Assembly: GCA_001464215.1 (NCBI GenBank) | Contig: LNEZ01000024.1 | Span: 6,136 to 70,135 of the forward strand | DNA from: Rhizobiales bacterium Ga0077548 | GTDB lineage: Bacteria > Pseudomonadota > Alphaproteobacteria > Rhizobiales > Xanthobacteraceae | DNA length: 64,000 nt | Direction of reading: 5' to 3' | Shown here: positions 24,582-32,156 of the stretch, one piece after another | How the letters are laid out: every line of letters begins with the position of its first letter | How positions within the stretch are numbered: the stretch's first letter is position 1 | Program-made: the position numbers and the translations under genes | Notes under the pieces: generated by a model | What the model was told of the DNA's origin: nothing | Databases searched by the model: none | The model's input: only the letters and a program-made list of their open reading frames with translations

Positions 24582-24690
24582 GGCTATCTCCTGTTTCTTG
24601 AAACGGGAGTGAAGCACGTGCCCGCTGGGACGCAAACCGCAACGTTGGGGGCGAATTCGCTCTTCCGCCGGTTGGCTGCTACAAGCCGCA

Positions 24691-24912
24691 ATGACAAAAA
24701 AGCCTCACCCGGCAAACACTCCACCGACGGAAGCCGAAATGGCTTCCAAATCGATTAGCGGGCTTACCCTCGATAACCTAGAATATCGCGTCGAGAAGCT
24801 GCGTCAGGCTTCCGAGCCGACACGTAAAGCGCGCGCCGCGACCAATAAAGCCTCGCGCGACGCACTCGCTGAAAGACAAAAAGCAAAAAATCAGAACGAA
24901 AAGAAGCGCTGA
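24691..24912 (+). CDS. small basic hypothetical protein (73 aa)
   Basis: Lys/Arg-rich helical ORF followed by a terminator. No clear RBS. Confidence 0.4.
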   Translation: MTKKPHPANTPPTEAEMASKSISGLTLDNLEYRVEKLRQASEPTRKARAATNKASRDALAERQKAKNQNEKKR

Positions 24913-24932
24913 TCCTCGTATCACGCACAAAC

Positions 24933-24965
24933 AAAAAGCCCGGCTGTTGAGCCGGGCTTTCTCTA
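24933..24965. terminator. bidirectional rho-independent terminator (also serves cspA)
   Basis: aaAAAGCCCGGCtgttgaGCCGGGCTTTct. Confidence 0.8.
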
Positions 24966-24981
24966 TTCTCGTGCGAAACGC

Positions 24982-25185
24982 TTAGGCGTTCTGCAGGTTC
25001 GAAGCGGCAAGCTTGCCGCGCTCGCTCACGACTTCGAAGGTCACTTTCTGACCTTCGTTGAGCGTGCTCATGCCCGAGCGTTCGACTGCCGAGATATGAA
25101 CGAACACATCCTTCGAGCCGTCGGTGGGCTGAATGAAGCCGAAGCCTTTTTGCGTGTTAAAGAATTTCACAACGCCGGTAACCAT
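24982..25185 (-). CDS. cspA: cold-shock protein (CspA family)
   Basis: 67-aa ORF reading MVTGVVKFFNTQKGFGFIQPTDGSKDVFVHISAV with RNP1/RNP2 motifs. The long untranslated upstream region (about 25186-25400) is typical of csp leaders. Confidence 0.95.
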   Translation of the reverse strand: MVTGVVKFFNTQKGFGFIQPTDGSKDVFVHISAVERSGMSTLNEGQKVTFEVVSERGKLAASNLQNA

Positions 25186-25502
25186 TTGTAGTCTCCATAA
25201 GTATCGCCATCATAGGCGAGATTGCAGGCGCTACGCAGTGCGCGCAGAACCTTTTCCCGATGCAGCGATGTCTTGGGGAGAGCTCTTTGGGCCCGTTGGC
25301 CAGTACAGCAGCAGATCGAACGGTTGCGCTATGCGCCAGATTTCGCGGAATAGCAAATATTGCTGCTGGCAGGCGAATATAGTGTCTTGGGCCGTGGAAG
25401 CGCCTCAATTGAAGGTAGTTGCACGCCTATAGTGTTCGCTATCGCGTTCCGCTTCGGAGCCGAAAGAAGGCTTGCAGCAATGATCGCTCGCGCGCGCCGC
25501 GG

Positions 25503-25691
25503 ATGAATGACCACTCGAAGCTCGTCGGTTACCTGATACTTTCCATTCCGCTGATCGTTTTTGTCGCCTGGGCGAAATACTCGGCCGTTTCTCAATCTGT
25601 TTTCGTCGCGAGCCTGATCGGCACCTGCGCCTTTTTCATAGGCTGGCGCGTATTTACGGGCACCTGGCCCGGAAACGATGCACCACGATGA
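25503..25691 (+). CDS. small membrane protein (62 aa)
   Basis: Frame of ORF 25419-25691. Reads MNDHSKLVGYLILSIPLIVFVAWAKYSAVSQSVFVASLIGTCAFFIGWRVF, with two TM helices. The stop overlaps the next start (ATGA). Confidence 0.4.
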   Translation: MNDHSKLVGYLILSIPLIVFVAWAKYSAVSQSVFVASLIGTCAFFIGWRVFTGTWPGNDAPR

Positions 25692-25828
25692 GCAAGCCGG
25701 TACCGCCGACAGGCACCAAACGGATTTGCACAGAGTGCGCCGCTAAATTCTACGACCTCGATAAGCGCCCGATCGTTTGTCCGAAATGCAAGGCTGCGCT
25801 GCCTGACGCGGTGGCGATCGTATCCTGA
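25688..25828 (+). CDS. FYDLN-type zinc-ribbon mini-protein (TIGR02300-like, short form, 46 aa)
   Basis: Hand-translated (below the ORF-track cutoff): MSKPVPPTGTKRICTECAAKFYDLDKRPIVCPKCKAALPDAVAIVS. The CxxC...FYDL...CPKC signature is recognised. The usual acidic tail is absent. Confidence 0.55.
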   Translation: MSKPVPPTGTKRICTECAAKFYDLDKRPIVCPKCKAALPDAVAIVS

Positions 25829-25845
25829 CCGGCGAAAGAAATTCG

Positions 25846-26040
25846 ATGCTTCACAAATTCCGGATTGGCCAGACCGTGCATCTCACACGCGATAATTTGC
25901 GCGTCGCAAACGACAATAGTTTCCGGATTTTGGCGCTGCGTCCCTCCGATGGCGACGATCCGCTCTATCTGGTGAAGAGCGACGCCGAAAGGTGCCAGCG
26001 CATCATTGCGCAAAGTGCGATCAAGCGAGACCCTAATTAA
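25846..26040 (+). CDS. small hypothetical protein (64 aa)
   Basis: MLHKFRIGQTVHLTRDNLRVANDNSFRILALRPSDGDDPLYLVKSDAERCQRIIAQSAIKRD. It resembles a small family seen in related genomes (F-x-IGQ-x-V ... Y-x-IKS ... E-R) (recollection). Confidence 0.45.
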   Translation: MLHKFRIGQTVHLTRDNLRVANDNSFRILALRPSDGDDPLYLVKSDAERCQRIIAQSAIKRDPN

Positions 26041-26177
26041 AGCGGCACCGCGAGCTTGAAGAAGCTCGTGAAGTTGAAGAGAAACAGGAAGCCCAAAACC
26101 AGCGCGGTTGTGAGCACTCCAAGCGTATAAAGAATATACCGCTGCACTTCGCTCTGCCGCTCTTGATCGGTAGCCAT
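26037..26177 (-). CDS. small single-TM protein (46 aa)
   Basis: Frame of ORF 26037-26219, starting from the internal ATG: MATDQERQSEVQRYILYTLGVLTTALVLGFLFLFNFTSFFKLAVPL. Confidence 0.35.
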   Translation of the reverse strand: MATDQERQSEVQRYILYTLGVLTTALVLGFLFLFNFTSFFKLAVPL

Positions 26178-26506
26178 CGAAGAATCTCCGGCGCAGGACC
26201 GGGATGCAACAAGCTGCATACGCGAACGGGCGCTAGAGAGACCTTACGTGGCACCTGTAAGAATAGATAGCGCGGCCGCGAGATTATAAACCCGCGTTGA
26301 CCAAATAACTCGTGCGCGATCTCCGGTAACGGAGAACTGCGCCGGGAGGAGGCCGCGCTTTTTACTATGCGCGGCCTCTGCCCTTTCATACGGGTATCGC
26401 GAAATACCTTCTACAGCCTTCGCGAAGCCTCATTTGCAGTTACCGCGCGTGGTACAAGAATTTCTTCTTGGAAATTTTTCTGGGTTGAACATGAAAGGTC
26501 ATCTCC

Positions 26507-26641
26507 ATGACCAATCCCGCAATTCTTGCTGCCGACACGCCGAAGCCGGAAGTAGCTCCCGTGGTGACGCCGGCAGTACAACCCGAACCGACCGCGCCCA
26601 CACCGGTAGCGCCGGAAGTGAAGACCACGAGCAGCAAGTAA
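26507..26641 (+). CDS. possible Pro-rich mini-protein (44 aa)
   Basis: Hand-translated: MTNPAILAADTPKPEVAPVVTPAVQPEPTAPTPVAPEVKTTSSK. It is followed by a strong terminator hairpin GAAGCCCGGCgaaaGCCGGGCTTC at 26653-26676. Confidence 0.3.
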   Translation: MTNPAILAADTPKPEVAPVVTPAVQPEPTAPTPVAPEVKTTSSK

Positions 26642-26861
26642 GTTGCCGCTCGGAAGCCCGGCGAAAGCCGGGCTTCTTCATTATCCGGCATAGGTTGAGG
26701 TGCGCCATGATTGATAAAAGAAAATTCGGAAACAAACTGAAGACGCCTTCGGTGGTGCAGATCAAGCACCAGATCCTGCTGCGCTGGCTAAAGGATCAAA
26801 AAGCGGCGGAAGCCGCGGAACCGCAGGCCGCCGCGTAATCCACGACTGGAGATGAAGCATC

Positions 26862-27077
26862 ATGAGCGGCTGGGTAAAACTTACGAAAACCGACAATCGC
26901 CCGATCGAGGTAAATTTGGAGCGCGCACACGCGGTGCTGCGCGACGAGCGAAATTACGGCACGCTGATCACCTTCGGGCCATCGGATTCGGTGACGGTGT
27001 TGGAAACGCCGGACGAGATTTTCGGCAGGATCGCCAAGCGCGAAACGCTGAAGCCGCTCGCGAACGCGAACATCTGA
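26862..27077 (+). CDS. small hypothetical protein (71 aa)
   Basis: MSGWVKLTKTDNRPIEVNLERAHAVLRDERNYGTLITFGPSDSVTVLETPDEIFGRI... with balanced composition and GGAGA upstream. Confidence 0.5.
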   Translation: MSGWVKLTKTDNRPIEVNLERAHAVLRDERNYGTLITFGPSDSVTVLETPDEIFGRIAKRETLKPLANANI

Positions 27078-27088
27078 GGAGAGCCAGC

Positions 27089-27304
27089 GTGGCGCAGCAG
27101 AAACCGCCGAAACCGCCGGGGCCTGAAACGCCGCCGCCTCAGGGCGATTTCAAATTCACGAAAGACAGTGCCGCTTCCAAGAAGGCGGGAAGTACTTGCC
27201 GCTGCGGTGGCGAAAGCTTCCGGGAAGTACACCGCATAACGCAGCCGAAGGGCGGCACGTCGGTCATGTACGAATGCACGCAATGCGGGGAATACAGCAT
27301 CTAG
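27089..27304 (+). CDS. small Zn-ribbon-like protein (71 aa)
   Basis: Frame of ORF 26852-27304. GTG 27089 follows RBS GAGGAGAG. The Pro-rich N-terminus is followed by CRCGG...(24)...CTQCG. Confidence 0.4.
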   Translation: MAQQKPPKPPGPETPPPQGDFKFTKDSAASKKAGSTCRCGGESFREVHRITQPKGGTSVMYECTQCGEYSI

Positions 27305-27349
27305 CGGTCCTGCTCTGGAACTTTTCGCGCCGCCGGATATTCTTGATGG

Positions 27350-27532
27350 ATGAAGCGCCTGTTCGACCTGTTCCGGAAGCAAAGCGCGGCAGCCCCCCTC
27401 GCCCGCCAGCCGGATTTCTTTTGTCTTTATTGCAACGCCAAGTTTCCGCACGACGACCTCGAGCGTGTGCTGGCGCACCTGAAGCCGCATAAAGACAAAG
27501 AAGAAGCCGAGGCGCGCCTCGCCGGCGAATAA
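27350..27532 (+). CDS. small hypothetical protein (60 aa)
   Basis: MKRLFDLFRKQSAAAPLARQPDFFCLYCNAKFPHDDLERVLAHLKPHKDKEEAEARLAGE has a C2H2-like CxxC...HxxxH pattern. Weak RBS. Confidence 0.4.
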   Translation: MKRLFDLFRKQSAAAPLARQPDFFCLYCNAKFPHDDLERVLAHLKPHKDKEEAEARLAGE

Positions 27533-27730
27533 CCGCACCCGGCGCCTTAAAAAATATCGCCGCAGGAAAATGCTTCGATCAGATCAAGCACTGCTCCGGC
27601 AGGCGGAACCACACTCTGAAGTGTGGCCAAAACGTGCAGCGGATGCAGCGCGCGTAAAAAATAAAACCCGCAACCTTATCGCACTGCGAAGTGTTTCCTT
27701 GGTGAGGCTACAGACACAAGGAGACTCATT

Positions 27731-27916
27731 ATGAAAAAGCTCATTCTCGGTACCATCACTGCTGCGACGGTTATCGCATCCGCGACGGCTGCTTCCGCGC
27801 AGGTCCGTCAGGATCGCCAGGAACGTAACTGGTTCGATCTCAGTGCAGCGACTTCGCAGCAGGGCCCGAACGCGCAGATGCCGCAGAAGAACTTTGCACC
27901 CGACTCGGTGAAGTAA
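27731..27916 (+). CDS. secreted mini-protein (61 aa precursor)
   Basis: RBS AAGGAGA, sequence MKKLILGTITAATVIASATAASAQ|VRQDRQERNWFDLSAATSQQGPNAQMPQKNFAPDSVK. A terminator hairpin at 27943-27977 follows. Confidence 0.6.
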   Translation: MKKLILGTITAATVIASATAASAQVRQDRQERNWFDLSAATSQQGPNAQMPQKNFAPDSVK

Positions 27917-27975
27917 ACGCGTAAGCGCTTGCTTCGTCTCCAGAAGCGGCCGGCGGCAACGCTGGCCGCTTTTGC

Positions 27976-28197
27976 TTGCGCAACTTAAACTGCATCCAGA
28001 TCGTTCTCCGAAGTGTTCCCGCGCACGCGGCTTATCTCAACTGGTCTCAACCGGGGCGCTTCCTCGTGGTTCTGTGTTCGATCTGCAAGATACCGATGAA
28101 AGCGGAGTTGGTAACGCCAAGGACGACGACATATCGCTGCGGCGAATGCAGGAGCGTAACCGCATCCCCCACTTCTCGAAAGATGCCGCGCCAATGA
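27976..28197 (+). CDS. possible Zn-ribbon mini-protein (start uncertain)
   Basis: The ORF contains CSIC...(18)...CGEC. A good terminator (28263-28293: stem AGGCCCC/GGGGCTT, then ttttcatttttt) follows. Which frame (27972-28226 or 27976-28197) and which start are used is unclear. Confidence 0.3.
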   Translation: MRNLNCIQIVLRSVPAHAAYLNWSQPGRFLVVLCSICKIPMKAELVTPRTTTYRCGECRSVTASPTSRKMPRQ

Positions 28198-28306
28198 GCG
28201 CTAGCGGACACTACGTAATCGTTTAATTCGGAACGATCGCGAGACGCGCGCGTTTTCTATGTAGGCCCCACTTGAAGGGGCTTTTCATTTTTTGGAGGTT
28301 ACACCC

Positions 28307-28516
28307 ATGCGTAAGATCGCAATCGCTTCCGCCGCCGTTCTTTTCGGTACCTTGAGTATCGCTGCTGCGCAGACGCAGCCGACGCAGCCCGTGCCGCAGA
28401 AAGAAAATCCGAAGGTCGAGCAGATCGAAAAGGATAAGACCAAGGGCAACGTCGAGAACCAGAATCCGAACGACGTGAAGGCCAAGGAACAGGCTCCGGC
28501 GCCGAAGAAGAATTAA
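28307..28516 (+). CDS. secreted Lys/Glu/Pro/Asn-rich mini-protein (69 aa precursor)
   Basis: Frame of ORF 28292-28516. ATG 28307 follows RBS GGAGGT. Reads MRKIAIASAAVLFGTLSIAAAQ|TQPTQPVPQKENPKVEQIEKDKTKGNVENQNPNDVKAKEQAPAPKKN. Confidence 0.6.
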   Translation: MRKIAIASAAVLFGTLSIAAAQTQPTQPVPQKENPKVEQIEKDKTKGNVENQNPNDVKAKEQAPAPKKN

Positions 28517-28691
28517 TACGACTGCGCTTAACCTGGAAAGCCCCGCGCGAGCGATGTCGGGTTTACCCGACATCGCCAAACAAAAATACAAGTCGGCCAA
28601 GGCCGACTTGTATCGCGGGACTTTTCTTTTATGAGATCGCGAAGGATGTAGGGAATAGGGCGAACAGCTGTAGCGAGGAACTTCCAAAACG

Positions 28692-29018
28692 CTAAGGGCA
28701 ATCCGGTCTCGCGCCGTCCGGACGCCAAGTATGAACGACTTTCACCTTGCAATCCGGGATCGCGAAAAAAGTTATGCCCCCGGCTTGCTGCGCCACCTTG
28801 GGATATTCCGTCTGTCCCGCTTTCGGCCCGCTTAGATATCTCACGCAGATCTCGATTCTGCGCGCGGCGGGGCCGCAATTATTCTTGAACTGAAAGACGT
28901 GAAAATACTGAAGGTCTTCCGTGCACGACGGCGTGCTGATGTCTTCCCAGCAATTTTGCGCAAATGCACTTGTGCTGAGTAACGCGAAAAAACCGATTAC
29001 AAAACGTAAGATTCGCAT
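28692..29018 (-). CDS. secreted Cys-rich hypothetical protein
   Basis: 108-aa ORF with signal peptide MRILRFVIGFFALLSTSAFA and six Cys in the mature part. The DNA is visibly AT-richer than its surroundings. Confidence 0.6.
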   Translation of the reverse strand: MRILRFVIGFFALLSTSAFAQNCWEDISTPSCTEDLQYFHVFQFKNNCGPAARRIEICVRYLSGPKAGQTEYPKVAQQAGGITFFAIPDCKVKVVHTWRPDGARPDCP

Positions 29019-29046
29019 CAGCTTCTCCCCAAAAGCTAGCCTTGCT

Positions 29047-29084
29047 CTTACCTCACCAACTCCCTCTTACCTCACCAACTCCCG
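29047..29084. repeat. 19-bp tandem direct duplication covering the 3' end and stop codon of the VWA gene
   Basis: cttacctcaccaactccct / cttacctcaccaactcccg are 18/19 identical and adjacent. The second copy encodes ...RELVR-stop on the minus strand. Confidence 0.85.
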
Positions 29085-30205
29085 CATCGCTTCATCCAGC
29101 CCTTCTAAAGTGAGCGGATACATCCGGTCCGAGAAAAGCTGGCGCATCATGCGGATCGATTGCGTGTAGTCCCAGTGCTCGCGCGGCACCGGGTTCAGCC
29201 AGACCGCGTGGTGATAGATGTTGGTCACGCGCTCCATCCACGCCTGCCCCGCCTCCTCGTTCATGTGCTCGACCGAGCCGCCCGGCATCATGATCTCATA
29301 GGGGCTCATCGAAGCGTCGCCGACGAAGATCACTTTGTAGTCGGACGGGAATTTGTGCAGCACGTCCCAGGTCGGCGTGCGCTCCGAGTGCCGCCGCACG
29401 TTCTGCTTCCACACGCTCTCATAGAGGCAGTTGCGGAGAACAACTCGGAACATAATTCAATGTGCCAGTCCATCGAGCCGCCGATGTCGAGGAACAGCAA
29501 AACCTTCACGGCGTTGCGGCGCTCGGGCCGCATCTGCACATCGAGATAGCCGTGGTTCGCGGTCTCCTTGATCGTGCCGGGCAGATCGAGTTCGTCCGGC
29601 GAGCCGGTGCGCGCGAATTTACGAAGCCTTCTCAGCGCAATCTTGATGTTGCGCGTGCCAAGCTCGACCTGATCGTCGAGATCCTTGAACTCGCGCTTGT
29701 CCCACACTTTCACCGCGCGGTTGTTTCGGTTCTTGTCCTGCCCGATGCGCACGCCTTCCGGGTGATAGCCGTAGGCACCGAATGGCGAAGTGCCCGCGGT
29801 GCCGATCCACTTCGAGCCGCCCTGATGGCGGCCCTTCTGCTCCTTCAGGCGCTCGGCCAGCGTCTCCATGAGCTTGTCCCAGCCCAGTTCCTTGATCTGC
29901 GCCTTCTCCTCTTCGGTGAGATATTTCTCGGCGAGCTTACGCAGCCACTCCTCGGGGATCTGCGCGGTGCCGGCGTTATCCGACATCAGATCGAGGCCCT
30001 TGAAGACATGGCCGAACACGCGGTCGAACTTGTCGAGGTTGCGCTCGTCCTTCACCAGCGCCGTGCGCGAGAGGAAGTAAAAATCTTCCACCCGGCGGTT
30101 AGCTAAATCGGCATCGGAATTCAGCGCCTCCATCAACGTCAGGTACTCGCGCACCGTGACCGGAAGGCCCGCCGATTTCAGCTCGTTGAAGAAGTTGATG
30201 AACAT
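29067..30205 (-). pseudogene. CoxE-type VWA domain protein, disrupted by an internal out-of-frame deletion
   Basis: ORFs 29330-30205 and 29067-29453 are the N- and C-terminal parts of one VWA_CoxE-like protein (MFINFFNELKSAGLPVTVREYLTL ... DIGGSMDWHIELCSELFSA // NCLYESVWKQNVRRHSERTPTWDVL ... MYPLTLEGLDEAMRELVR). The frames switch at about 29432-29436. The codons for ELFSA and for NCLYE share the same nucleotides, so about 14 codons usually found between them appear to be missing. Confidence 0.7.
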
Positions 30206-30375
30206 GGGAGTTGGTTCGAACTTGGCTCGGTTTAACGCCGTACTTCTACAGGGAAATACCCGGCCCGTTAAGGATAGCTGATCTTAAAGCCCGCCCGGAT
30301 GCCGTGGACAATGAATATTAAAGCGGCAAACGGCTAAAACAGGCCAACCGGAGACGCCAGAAGAAGACGCCGCCG

Positions 30376-31566
30376 ATGCCTGTCGAAATCGCTCTCGAAC
30401 TGCTCGCTACCCTCGAATCCTTCCCCGAAATCGCGGCGGGATTTGGCGAGACCGTGCGCCGGGCTGCGAAGCCCGATCGCGCGGCGGGCGACGCCGATGT
30501 GTATTCCGGCACGGGAGCATTGGACGCGGCGAGCGCCGACTGGCGCGAGATCGAGCGCGAAGGCGCGCTCTCCACTCCGTTTCAGTCTTTTGCCGTGGCA
30601 GACGCCGCGATCAAGGCGCATCTCGCGCACGGCCATGAGCCGCACATCGTCGTCGTTCGCGAAAACGGCATGGCGGTCGCGATCCTGCCGCTGGTCCTGA
30701 CCTCGATGGCGGGATCGAAGGTGCTGCGCTTTCTGGGCGACCCCTTAATTCAATATGGCGACGCGATTTTGTCCCGCGCCGGCTCGGAGGCGCATCTGGT
30801 GCAGGCGCTGCTGGCCGCCGGGAAACTCGGCGCGGACGCGGCACTCTTGCGCAAGGTCCGCAGCGACGCAAAGATTTCTCCACTGCTTTCGCGCCGCGCT
30901 CATGTGTCATCCGTCGAGGAAGCGCCTTATGTCGATCTGCGCCGCGAGGCATCGCTCCCGCCGCGCGATGCACGTGAACTGCGCCGCTATCGCCGCAGGC
31001 TCGCTGAAACCGGTGAAGTGAAGCTGAACATCACGCGCGGCGCGGACGCGCTCCAATGCGTGCGCACCGCGCTCGACCTGAAACGCGGCTGGCTCGCTGC
31101 AAAAGGCTTCACGTCATCGGTCATCGGTGACGCGCATTGGGAATCGGCACTGGTTTCCCTTGTCACTGATCATTCCAATCTTTTGGCCTGCGCCCGCCTC
31201 GAAGTCGGCGGCAGGCTCGCCGCGATCGAAATTGCCGTCACGCACGGCAAGCGCTGGCACGCTTTCCTAGGCGCAACCAATCCTGAATTCGCAAAATCCG
31301 GCCCCGGCCAGGTGCAGATGGCCGACACCATCACGCACGCCCGCGAACAGGGCTTTCTCGCCTATGATCTTCTCGCCCCCGCCGACTCCTTCAAGCGCGT
31401 GATTGCGACCGGCGCGATTGCGGTCTGCGACTACGCTTTGCCACTGAGCCTCCAGGGCCAGGTCGCGGCCCGCGCGTTCCGCTTTGCCCCCCACGCGAAA
31501 TCGCTGCTCGGCAAGCTCCCGGCGCCCATCCGTGCTGCCGCTCAGAACCTGTTACGCCTGCGGTAA
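30376..31566 (+). CDS. GNAT-family acetyltransferase, CelD/BioF2-like
   Basis: 396-aa ORF with a CelD-like organisation (..STPFQSFAVADAAIKAH ... LRFLGDPLIQYGD ... RRYRRRLAETGEV ... GPGQVQMADTITHAREQGFLAYDLLAP). The start is uncertain. Confidence 0.65.
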   Translation: MPVEIALELLATLESFPEIAAGFGETVRRAAKPDRAAGDADVYSGTGALDAASADWREIEREGALSTPFQSFAVADAAIKAHLAHGHEPHIVVVRENGMAVAILPLVLTSMAGSKVLRFLGDPLIQYGDAILSRAGSEAHLVQALLAAGKLGADAALLRKVRSDAKISPLLSRRAHVSSVEEAPYVDLRREASLPPRDARELRRYRRRLAETGEVKLNITRGADALQCVRTALDLKRGWLAAKGFTSSVIGDAHWESALVSLVTDHSNLLACARLEVGGRLAAIEIAVTHGKRWHAFLGATNPEFAKSGPGQVQMADTITHAREQGFLAYDLLAPADSFKRVIATGAIAVCDYALPLSLQGQVAARAFRFAPHAKSLLGKLPAPIRAAAQNLLRLR

Positions 31567-31615
31567 AGCCCCGGATTACCGGGATTATCTCGCCACATAA
31601 TAATCTTCTACGCCC

Positions 31616-31642
31616 TGTCGATTCCGGCCCTGCCCGTTCGTC
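31616..31642 (+). promoter_or_regulatory. candidate ECF-type promoter (TGTCGA-N17-CGTC) upstream of the YciI/sigma pair
   Basis: TGTCGAttccggccctgcccgttCGTC lies about 60 nt upstream of ATG 31702. The -10 CGTC is typical of ECF sigma promoters. Confidence 0.35.
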
Positions 31643-31701
31643 GTGCTGGTAGAAGCCGCTTCTGCATCTGGAACCGGCGGAACAATCGAAGGAACTACGA
31701 A

Positions 31702-32118
31702 ATGCGTTTTATGGTCATTGTGAAAGCCTCCAAAGACTCCGAAGCCGGAGTCATGCCGTCGCAGGAACTGCTCATCGCCATGGGCAAGTTCAATGAGGAG
31801 ATGGTGAAGGCTGGCATCATGCTCGCGGGCGACGGCTTGCAATCGAGCGCGAAGGGTGCCCGCATCAAGTTTGAAGGCGACAAGCGCACTGTCGTCGATG
31901 GCCCATTTGCCGAAACGAAAGAGCTCGTCGCCGGCTTCTGGATGATACAGGTGAAATCGCTCGCAGAGGCGATCGAATGGATGAAGCGCTGCCCCAACCC
32001 GCATAACGACGGCGGCGAACTCGAAATCCGGCAGGTGTTCGAGCTTTCGGATTTCGAGCCGGGCGAAGGCATCCGCATTCACGAGAAGGTCGGAGAGGAA
32101 ATGAAGAAGCAGAAGTAA
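31702..32118 (+). CDS. YciI-family (DGPF-motif) protein
   Basis: 138-aa ORF: MRFMVIVKASKDSEAGVMPSQELLIAMGKFNEEMVKAGIML ... VVDGPFAETKELVAGFWMIQVKS. Confidence 0.85.
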   Translation: MRFMVIVKASKDSEAGVMPSQELLIAMGKFNEEMVKAGIMLAGDGLQSSAKGARIKFEGDKRTVVDGPFAETKELVAGFWMIQVKSLAEAIEWMKRCPNPHNDGGELEIRQVFELSDFEPGEGIRIHEKVGEEMKKQK

Positions 32119-32156
32119 ACTTGCTTCGCGCATGACGCTGTGGTCGGTAGCCGCTC

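Noticed and set aside
26349-26378. 10-bp GC hairpin GAGGCCGCGC...GCGCGGCCTC in the 26.2-26.5 kb intergenic region (possible sRNA terminator)
   Set aside because: There is no U-tract on either strand and no upstream gene or promoter that I can support. It cannot be called a terminator or an sRNA from sequence alone.
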